Shown piece after piece: positions 43,425-54,693 of a stretch of 64,000 nucleotides of DNA. The DNA is from Chrysomallon squamiferum (taxonomy: Eukaryota; Animalia; Mollusca). Every line of letters starts with the position of its first letter. Position 1 is the stretch's first letter. The translations under genes and the position numbers were made by a program. The stretch covers positions 29,388,001 through 29,452,000 of the forward strand of contig CM022671.1 in the NCBI GenBank assembly GCA_012295275.1. Reading direction: 5' to 3'. Under the pieces are notes generated by a model. That model did not search any database. It saw only the letters and a list, made by a program, of their open reading frames with translations, and was not told the DNA's origin.

Positions 43425-45650
43425 AGATATGTCACCATTTTAAATTAAGAAAAACAACAACATTCCGCCCACCTGCCTGATCCGATTTATATGTTCAGGA
43501 AATAATTTAGCTTTAGTAGTAATATTGAAAAGAAATAAACCGTCCCGAATTTACTGATTCATCAAATTAAAAGTGACTCTTTACAGTTACCTGAACTTTT
43601 GTTCTAAATGTATTTCTTATGTGTTTTTATGAAGAAATGTTTTGAAAAAAAAATAAAGAAGAAAATGATAACAACAAAATAATAAATTAGAATTTTCTAG
43701 GTCACAATAAACTGATAAACTGTTTACACTGACCTTGTTTACAAATTAATTTTGTATTCATTTGTGTATGGAGTGAAGACAATTTATTTCAAAACTTAAT
43801 GTATCATTCCGTCCAGTCTCGATAGTGACATTTACTTTTTGTGTGCATTTGTCCATTTACATTCAGCATAATTTTTTGTATCTTGTTAGGTTTTATTATT
43901 TTTGCATCATGAAGTTTATTTTATGTTTTCATTTTTATGAAGCACTTTTGTTTTGTTCTGGAGTTTTTAGACAGAGAAAGTCTAGCAGCATATTTATTCT
44001 TACATTTTTTCTCTCATAGCATTAAGAAATAAGAATCTTCAGGTAAGATTGGTTGTTGTAATTCCAAATTCTTATAATTTTGCTCTTTGCTACAGACAGC
44101 ACTAGTGGCTTACATGACATCAGTTCAATTTAATATGTAATGGATCAAGGATTTCATATAAATTTTTGAGTCTGAAATAATTTTTTTATAAAGGATAAAG
44201 ATCCTAGTTGCCATAAAAATGGACATAGAACAAAGAGTGTTAACTTATTTTTTGATTTTTATTGGTGCTTCAGCAGTATAAATTGATCACCAAAATATAT
44301 TTTTGTTATGAAGTGTTTAGAGAGTGATTTGTAATCTTAAATCATTTTTTTTTTTTTTTTTTTTTTTTTAAAGCACTTTATCATTTTAATTTATTTAACA
44401 AGTTCTTCTTTTATCAGAAATATCTTTGCAAGTAAGGGGATAAGTGAGGTGTTTCATGATAAATTTTAATACATTAAAATAAATGACAGTTTATGTCAAA
44501 GAAGAGAACCATTTTTTATTTGGAGGAAATGATCTATTTATAATCCCATTGACAGAAAAGTACACATGACATTTGATAAACCAGCCATGAAGCAGTCACT
44601 GAATCAGACCAGGTGAATCTTCAATGTCATTCAGAATTAAGACTTCTTATTCTTATAATGAATCAAAATATTTATTCTCTTTATAAGATATTATTATTTA
44701 CATAATCTATTAATTTATCTCAGTTCCACAAGTAAAATACATTCCATACTGAAATGTTTAGTTCTGCATTATTATATTATTCTGATATCAAGTCTTGTAA
44801 AATATTCAGTGAATATATATTGTTACCAAAAACATAAATTCATGTCATACAGTTTTACATGTTATATTAATAAAAGTGTATTCACAGAATAAGATTTGTG
44901 TTTTTAATTAATTTTAAATTAAAACTGCTAATTGTAACAGCTGTGATTATGTGTGGGTGTGTGTCAGTGATGACAAATAATGAGCTCATATTTTGATAAC
45001 TGTATTTTACTATCTTTAAGTTCAGTCACTAGACCACCTGAAGAATGAAAAATGGATTTTGTTATTTTGTAATTTTTTTTTATAATAATTTATTATTTTT
45101 AATTTTACCAAAGATGCACGTTAATCATATCTCATAATATTTTAAAGTGGCAGTAGTTATCCAAAATGATAGAGAAAACGTTTTTCTTGGATCATTGTTC
45201 TTACAAACTAATGATGGTCGGAACTGGAAATAGCCCAATGAAAACCTAAAAGAGAACTGATTCTACGACGAAATGAGTGTGTTACGATATATTAAAAGTA
45301 GGACGTAAATGAGATCATATGAGATGTGTTTAACTCTTACATTATATTATTATCGTCAGAACTTTCGGTCTAGTCTGATCATAAAGTTTTAACCAGAATG
45401 CATCTTCAACTTGGTGAACAACTTCAACAAGTATTTAAAACAAAACAAAAACATGTTTAAAGTTGTTCAGTAAATCATCTATTACACACAACTAATATGA
45501 ATGAACAAATAAATTAATAAATTGTTAAGTATTTTAATAACTGAAGATAAAGATTATGTCTCAAATACGGCATATTTTAAAAAGCTGTTTTAAAAAGACG
45601 ACACAATCACAAAAAAGAAAGTACGAAGTGCGCTTAACTAAATAAACAAC

Positions 45651-45676
45651 TCAACAGGTGGCGCTTTTTTCACGTG
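45651..45676 (+). promoter_or_regulatory. CTCF-like motif TCAACAGGTGGCGCT plus E-box CACGTG in the probable NUDT5 promoter
   Basis: 12/14 match to CCACCAGGTGGCGC at 45651-45664; CACGTG at 45671-45676; local CpG enrichment ~800 bp upstream of the NUDT5 ATG. Confidence 0.5.
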
Positions 45677-46443
45677 GTTTTTGTTTACATTTTTCGCTGA
45701 AGTGAAACTTTTGTTGTACAACTTTGTGTTGTTAATATTAATTTAAAGCATATAAATTCAGAACTGTATAATCAGTATAACTCAAAAGCAAATACAGTCA
45801 AAGGTTGCATCTAATATAACACAAATATATATATATATATATTTTTTTATCAAAGTCTATATAATATAAATATTGCTTCCGCCTTTACACTTTCAGAATG
45901 TTTACGTACCACGTTACCACTATTAATCAATTAAATGTTGTTTAAATGTTGTTATATACATAGGCCAAATACCGAGAGTAACGTGTTCACCATTATTAAA
46001 TGGTTACCCCACCTCTATAAATATAAAAAAAATAAAAATTAAAAAAATATATAAAACAACCATTTCGTTCATACAAACATTTGAAACGGTTGTGTGTACG
46101 TGTGTAATAAGTGTTTTCGATTACGTTAATCCCTTTGTCTGATGTAGAGAACCTTTGTACATTACAACAAATCATATTAAAATAATTTTTCAACAAATAT
46201 AATTAAAGATTTTCTAAATCTTGAATATTTATTGATATCTTAATCAGACATTTTGATAATTACAAGAATTTTTAATATTATTAATATTAATAATGATAGG
46301 ATTTTCAGATTATTTGAAAAGAGAAAAGCAAGATAAAATAATAGTAATAGTAAACAAATAATAAAAAATAAGACATTAAATTATTTGATTTATATATTTT
46401 ATTTTGTTACAGAAAAAATATCCAAGATTTAGATGTTTCCAGC

Positions 46444-46723
46444 ATGACCACAAACACCAACCACAACCAGAGTAAATCAGAATTTATATCACAGAGGGTA
46501 ACATAGTAGTTCTGTATTTTTCTCTATAACCATTTAAATATTAGACTGGAGTTCTGTACTGTTAGATAAATATTTTATTACTTAATTTGTACACCTAAAT
46601 CATTTTTATGTTCCACATGTAGATTTAAAAACCTAAATAGATTTTTGTAATGTTCTGTTTTTTCTTGATTGTAAAACTGAAGAATGTTTGTCAATATTAA
46701 AAAATTAATAATACTTTTTATCA

Positions 46724-46762
<39 letters not shown>

Positions 46763-49700
46763 TGGTGGTGATGTTAGTAGTAGTAGTAGTAGTAGTAATA
46801 AAAGAAATTTGAAAGGAAAATAATGATGAAAATTACATTAAAATTAATAATATATATATTTTAATCCTTGTTGGAAGAAACTACATATATTTATATTGAT
46901 TATAATATTATTTGACATTATGTTCACATATATTACAGGAGATAGCAAGAGGAAAGTGGATATCACTGAATGAGATCACTTATAAAAATCCAAATGGTTC
47001 TAAATGGTATGTATTACAGTGTGTGTGTGTGTGTGTGTGTACAATCTTTATTTTTTGTTAAGGTTAACAAAGTAACAGTTTGAAATGTGTCACAAATTGA
47101 AATACATCAAACATTGATAAGAAAAACAAAACAAAAAACCCCCAACATAACTCAGCACCATAATTCTAACTAAAGAACTAACTGAATAAATAAATAAATA
47201 AATAAATAAATAACATTCAACCAATGTATATATATATCAGTACTGTTTAAGATATAAATATATACATATGTGTACACAAACTCACATACACACACACATA
47301 TTAGATAAACATTTAGTATTTTTATTTCTTTTAACAGCACTCATATCTGTTGTTTTATTTTCACCATTCAAATTATTATGTTTTATAGTTTGTGGGAAGC
47401 AGCTTTTCGGACAACAAGACAAGAAGGAAATGTTGATGGTATATTTGTCATGAATGAAACAACCAAAAAAAACAAAAATATATATATACATAAACACACA
47501 CACACACACACACACAGAGGGAGAGAAAGAGAGCATTAATAAATTATTTTTATCCTTTTTAAAAATGGTATCAAAACTAATATTACTGTTTCTTGTAATG
47601 TAGTGTTTTATTACTGAAAAAATTTGTAAATTTGATTTAAACTTCTCAGTTGGCATCCAGAAGTCATACCTATTAAATTACTTATTAAGTTTAGTTATAA
47701 AACGTACATTTAGTTGACATTACCTTACATTGATCTACACTGTTAGTTTTTATTTAAATTAATGTAACAACTAGATTTAATTTCTGACAGTAACATGCTG
47801 TGGCAAAACAAAGATAAAACTGGTATGTCAGACATCATGGGTGACCAATTTGAAGAAGCACTTTTAGAGATAATAATACTAAAATTCAGTTTCCGAAAGG
47901 GTCCACTTTTGTTATCTGCCCTTGACAGAAAAAACCTGAGTTATATCTCTGACAGTATGACCAGTATTATATTTAGAGTGTAAAATAGATAAGAAGTATT
48001 GATTTTGTTTGTTTGTTTGTTTACAGCTGTGGTTATAATTGGAATTGTGAAGAGACTGCTGAAGTATGATTGTATAGTTCTGGTGAAGCAGTACAGACCT
48101 CCAATACAGAAATACTCCATCGAGTTTCCAGCTGGTGATTTCTTTTTCATACTCATGCTTCTTTTAATATAACCAGTTTAATCAAATTTAAATTAAAAAC
48201 CCACACAAAATATTTAATAATTCTAGTACTTATAATGTTATTATTATTATTATTATTTTATTTAAAAAAAAATTTGATGGTTATTATGCAATAAAAGGTT
48301 TCTAACCTCATCTCTTTCACATATAATATGAACATTGTATTTTCTGTTTTAAATGATGAGCTGTTATTTAAGTCTTCCTCTGTATCCATTTGTTAAATAA
48401 ATTGACTCTTTCACATACTACCTGAACATATTACAATGTTTTGTGTAATTTGTTTTGACTGACAAATTATTATTTTGATCTTGCTCTATTCAATTTATTA
48501 AGTTATGACATGTCTCAAATATTCTTACTCAAACACATAGTTTTTAAACAGTTTTAATTTATTGTTATTATTATTATTAGTAGTATTGTAGTGGTAGTAG
48601 TAGTGGTGGATGTGGTGGTGGTGTGGTATTAACATCATTAGATACATAATTTAACACATAATAATTTAAAATTAATCTGCTAGGCCTGGTTGATCCAGGA
48701 GAAAGTTTAGAGACCTGTGCAGTGAGGGAACTGAAAGAAGAAACAGGATATGTTGGCACACCAAAACATTTTTCACCAGGTTCGATTAATACTGATTTAT
48801 TGAGATTATAGAATATCACTGTCTGTTTCATTGCAGGCCTATACTGTTTGTGAGTTTGATAGCAGATAAAGTAGTTGGAGGTGGTTATGCCCAGCCATTA
48901 TTCTGTATACTACTATTTCTTTTTAATCCATTTTATTCTGATTTTATTTTTTTATTGTAAATGGATATTCACCTCATTTTATATACTATTTGTATATTAT
49001 ATTTTAGTTTGTGTATTTTTCCAAATAATTTAAGTTGCATTTTATTCTGATTATTTTTTATTAAATTTTTAATCTATATTATAGATTAGTTTTTAGTCTG
49101 TTCATTTTTCTAAACAGTTTAAGTCCCATTTTAGTATAATCTATATTATTTGTGTTTTAATTTTGTTAAGTTTTTTAAATTATTCTATTTTACAGCTGTG
49201 TCTATGGATGCTGGTATAAGTAATTCAGCTGTCAGTTTAGTTACAGTGGAGGTATGATACACTTCGTTTTTCTGAAAGATAATTTTTAGAATTTTATTGG
49301 AAAATTTGTTTATTGATCTTTTTTTGCAATAATGAAGAGTTTATTTATGTGTCTTTATATGAGTGTGAGAGAATTAAAGAGGGAGATGGAGAGTGATTGC
49401 AAATATTAGCTTAAAAAGAGTGTTTAAAGAAACTGTTAAAAGATTTTATTTTGTGATCAGGAAAGATTATATTTTTTTAGGTTAACATTATTTTTCATTT
49501 CTTTTGAAGATTGATGGAGATCTTCAGGAAAACAAAAATCCTCAACCAAAACCAGGTCAGTATTTTAAATAAATTAATTATAGTAATTTCAGAAATGTCT
49601 GATATCATTTCTTTCCTGTTATAGGGAGTGCTAATAAACATTCTCTCTCTCTCTGGAATTAAAAATTTAGAGTAGGAAAAGTAACAGACCAAATTTTTAT

Positions 49701-51190
49701 TTATTTGTATTTCATTATAAAAAAAAAATATTCAAGTATATTAACAAATAAGTTCGCATTTTAGGGGCTTATATAAATTATATCACGAATGTTGCTTTTT
49801 TAAAAAATATTTATATATTCTCATTTGTATTCTTTTAGTATATTTCATGTCAAGTACTAAAATTACAATTATGTATATAGCAGGAATCTTACACTGTTTA
49901 CAAGTATTTGTATTAGTTATTTAATTATAATTCTTTTCATTTCATTAATTTTATAGTGGCAATTTAAAATGATCAATGGTTTTATATTAAACACTTACTA
50001 CATTTGTAAATATTTTGTGTTTATATAATTAAAGTAACTAAATGAGATTTTCTTTTTCTTTTGAATTTTCTGTTTCACAAACTGCAGAAGAGTCAGGTGA
50101 GTTTGTTTAATTTCTGGTTAACTCTGCTTTCTAGATTTAACCATTTTCAAGTTTTCTCTTTTCTTTTTGTTTTATCTCTCTCTAATGACATTAATAAATT
50201 TCAACAAAAATATAACATTCATAAAAGCAATTATTGATCAGAAAACACTTTGAGAAATTTGTAACATTCTTCACGAAATGAAAATTATACCTAGAAAGTG
50301 TAAATACACTTTAATGTTACTGATATATTCACTTTCATGGACATTACTAGACACTTTATATGAGCTGAAAAACTTGGTTACATATTCACAAATGTACAGA
50401 AATTAGCTATGGACCTTATCATAGTGTTAGCTCCCATTATTTGCAGAGCAGAATTTATAAGCAAGGTTAAAAACTAATTTTAATAAGTAATTGTTTATAT
50501 GTTATTTTATTATTCTAGACCTATAGAATGTTATTTTTCTTATTAATTATTGTAAAATTATATATCTGGTTTTATTATACAGAATTTATTGAAGTTTTTA
50601 CAGTACCACTTGATGATCTACTAGAAAAACTTAATGGTGGGTTGTGTAGTAAAGACATCTTTTAAATAACAATATGTACATATTATTCTAGTTAATATAC
50701 CTGTTTAAAACATTTCAAGGTACTCAAGAATTTATGTTCATTTATATATTTATAGAAGTATAATGAAAAGTGCCTTGAATTTTTTGTATTCCACTCACAA
50801 AATCGAAACTAAATCTTTGTTTTGGAGTAATAAATTAATTAGATGGAAGAGAATATCATTGTCAATTGATAAAATTTATTTACCAATTAAAAAGCCCCAC
50901 AATTATTAATAGAAAAATTGCTTAATATGTCTATTTCTGTATGAAAAAAATGTTTTACACACACACACACACAGATAGATGGATGGATATTAAAATTTAA
51001 ATTGTACATATATTTATACTGTCTAAACAGGATTTGTTAATTAAAAATCATTTTGTCACCATTTTCAGAATTTGCAGCCAGTAAGGATGTTATTGTAGAT
51101 GGGCGTGTTTACACTTACGCCGTTTCCATGGAACAAACCAAGAAGGCTATACGAAACCAAACATCTGCAAACCACACAATCCAGCAATAA
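46444..51190 (+). CDS. NUDT5: ADP-sugar pyrophosphatase (Nudix hydrolase 5), ~220 aa; exons 46444-46497, 46939-47006, 47389-47438, 48027-48134, 48684-48779, 49196-49251, 49510-49555, 50088-50096, 50583-50636, 51069-51190
   Basis: Nudix box [23 protein letters not shown]; [30 protein letters not shown]...[31 protein letters not shown] match NUDT5. Exons sum to 663 nt. Missed by the ORF track because the exons are short. Confidence 0.92.
46724..46800. repeat. Compound (AAT)n/(GGT)/(AGT)n microsatellite in a NUDT5 intron
   Basis: Direct reading. Confidence 0.9.
50088..50096 (+). CDS. NUDT5: 9-nt micro-exon of NUDT5 (AAGAGTCAG)
   Basis: Flanked by a pyrimidine tract plus CTGCAG and a strong GTGAGT donor. 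Symmetric phase 1; gives PKP-EES-EFIEV, the same spacing as human PKP-GDG-EFVEV. Confidence 0.8.
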
Positions 51191-53984
51191 TAGCAAAGTT
51201 AACATTTCCATTCAACTGTATATTAAAACAAATCTGTATAATGTAACCAGAACTGTATCTGTTAGTGAATAAAAATATCTTAATCCTGTAACGACAGTAA
51301 CATAAAAGTTATAAATTTTAGATTCTAGTAATAATGAAAGTCGAATCTCTCAGTGTGACCTGCAAGTATTATTATTCTTGTTACAAATGGCTGCTGTGTG
51401 AATTATTTACTTACAATTTATTTTTTTTTTTTTTTTTTTTGTCAGTGAACAAATAGTAACAGCGTTTTTGTTAACTTTCAACTGACAATTTATATTCTTG
51501 TGTACCAGAGGACAAAAAAAAAAAAAAAAAAAAAAAAACTCTGAACATCTTCATTCAAATGTTTGTTCTCTCATACCTTTTTATTATTAAATGATTAATT
51601 AATTTTTTTTTTTTTTTTTTTTTTTTTAAATGAAGAAAAACAACTTTCTTATCCTTTAGAAAAGATTTCTTTTCAATATCTGGAAAGCACATACCACTGT
51701 CATAGAGATACATATCATGCCTCACAGTTTGAAAGATAATGAAATTAGTTTTAATGTCTGACAAAATCATATTTAAAGGATACCATAAGAGAAATATAAC
51801 AGAACCAATCTTCCTATGACTTGTTTCACTAAAGTAGTACTAATACAAATAGGACAATTATTTTTAATGTTATTTTTATATGTGGAGAATTGCTGTGAAA
51901 TTTTCATTTTTTAAAATGAGGAAAACGGCAGTCTCAATGTATTTTTATTCTGGAGTTTAATCATACTTTATCAGTTAGGTTTTAGTGGCAAATTTAGACA
52001 ATTACATGGAAGTAAATGATATGTATTTGACCTGTTTATTCATATCATCAGAGATATATTTACAATCAATTACAGCTATTAAATTTAGGTTTTTTGTTGA
52101 TTTTTTTTAGGGAAGGGTTAGTTGGTTTTTCAATCTAAACATATCCCAAAGATTTCTAATTATCAATAAAAAACTCAAGACAAATTTATAGTTTAATATT
52201 TATTCATTTGTAATAACAGAATATATGTATAATAATATAATACAGAGATTAACCAAATTATGATTCTGAACTTTGGTTTGGAAACTTTTATGATTTTCTG
52301 TCCTGCTGTACAACTTGGCAATCTCCAGTGTTTTATCTTTTAAACTATTTGATGATGGTCTTTTTATGTTGTTTCATTTTGATTTGATTGCGGTGATTAT
52401 GAAATAAAATGACTTTTGATTACAACTCTTTTGGCTTTATCATTGCTTTTGAGTTGAGGTACAAAAATACCATGAATTTTACCATTTCCGAAAATATTAC
52501 TATTTAAGAAGAAATTACTATTAAATACTATATAATCTATTTCATTCTTAGCTAATCTGAACTAAAAACCATGTATGTTGAAAAATGTGAAACAGGAACA
52601 GACTTCAGTTCGTTTGCTTGGCTGCAATGGACAAAAAAATCAAAAGTACAGTGAAAATGATTGTTTATTCAATGTATTTTGATTTCCAGTTTTCATGTCA
52701 TTTCACTATATTACTAGAATTTTTGCTAAAACCTGAAACCAACTTACCATATGAAATGCAATTACAAAATGTCCTTTGAAGATCTTTGGTTGTTTATTTC
52801 TGAAACCAATGTAAAGTCATTAAAGAATGGCTCTTTTATTTATTAGCCTGTTTTTATGAATAAAGATATGTGAAAATACTGCACCCCTTCTCCTCCAAAT
52901 CACAAAATCAAATAGTGTAATTATAACATTTTCACCATGATACAAACAACAAATCAACCACTTGTACTTTGACAAGCTGGTGGAAACTTTTCAGTGAGAA
53001 TCCTACAAAGGATCTCAGTTGCAAATATTTTAAAATGAGATCATGATTAAAGTTTTTCTGAAATATAAGATATCACAGAAACCAGGCAAGTACACTTAGT
53101 TTGCTGGAAGTGTCTGTAGGAGTTAGAACTTTGGCTTGAGGATGGATTTTTATTTTTTCTTGATCTGTTTTAAAATCAGAATCTATTTCATAAAATTCCA
53201 AAATCTAACTTTTAAAAGGGAATTAATAATCTGGACAATACATGTATTTATCATTGTTTTTTTTTTTGTTTTTTTTTTTTTTTAAATTTTTTATGACATT
53301 TTCTGAGGGAGAATTAAATAAAACTTCATGACATTGGTACAAAAATACATTTTTGAAGTTTAAAGTTTCTGATTAATTATTTCCAAAAATCTTTTAAGAA
53401 ATAATGAAATTATCAACTAGAATTTTTATTTTTATTTTATATATATCATAAACAAAACCAGAGATATTTTTATGACAAGTGAAACAGATCATTTTAGCAT
53501 TAATTTCCGATAGGTTGATAAATCTTCACAAGATAAAAAAAAAATCCAACAACAAACAAACAAATTACTGTATCTGATCAAATCTTATTCATAATTTAGA
53601 CATTAACATTAAATATCACAGATAAATTCCGCTTACTTCGTTAACTACTTGTACACAAGAAACATATTTCTGTACTATACAAATATTTGTGTATTTTTTA
53701 GGAGTATTTCATTATTTGATAATAACCTAAATGTTGTTTTTCAGAAAATTTAATATTAGAATCATCAATGCACCAATAAAATGACATACTGTATGTAAAT
53801 ACATGTATGTGTGAAGAAAAAAAGATGTAGATGAGACAGATATATGGAAAGAATAGTAAAACACACTTTTGAGATTATAGTCCTCTATAACAAAAGGTAC
53901 TAACATTTTTTTTTTTTTTCATTCATTTCTAAACAGAACAAAATTAAAAAAAATCCAACTGTTCCTATTCATGTAGAAAGTTTA

Positions 53985-54028
53985 TATATATATGTGTGTA
54001 TGTGAATGTGTATGTGTATGTGTATGTG

Positions 54029-54113
<85 letters not shown>

Positions 54114-54128
54114 GTATGTATGTATGTA
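53985..54128. repeat. Compound (TA)/(TGTATA)/(TGTA) microsatellite
   Basis: Direct reading. Confidence 0.95.
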
Positions 54129-54407
54129 TTTTGTATTTTGTTTTGTTTACAAAATATGAAATTGTGTATTGTTGATATAGGAACAGTAAATATCTCAAAT
54201 AAATAAATGCTTGCCACAGTGTTTGTTTACAATCTCAAACTGAAATATTTCACGTATCTTCCAATATATAAAATTCTTATAGTTCTTAATTTCAACCACC
54301 AGTTTAATTATCCATGTACAAAATTATAAATATTTCTTCATTTCATGCATCTATGTACAAAATTTTTATATAAACAGCTTCAATTAAAATTAATTCACCT
54401 AAACAAA

Positions 54408-54591
54408 TTAGAAATATTTTTTCAGCCGTGCATTTTCTTCTCGTAAACGTTCTATTTCAGCAACAAGTTCTCTATTCACGGAATAATGTTGAATCAATGT
54501 GCTAATTTCTGCCTGTAAAAAATAAAATCAAACACAGTTAATAATCATGATAGTATCTGTGCATAAATTATTGTATATTTTCTTAAGAAGA

Positions 54592-54631
<40 letters not shown>

Positions 54632-54656
54632 GTTATTATTATTATATTTATTATTA

Positions 54657-54693
<37 letters not shown>

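Noticed and set aside
45890-46443. N-terminal extension of NUDT5 from an upstream coding exon
   Set aside because: The frame is open to 46413, but the candidate upstream ATG frames hit stops or create TGA at the junction.
53965-54217. ORFs with YT/YI/MY dipeptide runs
   Set aside because: Translations of a microsatellite.
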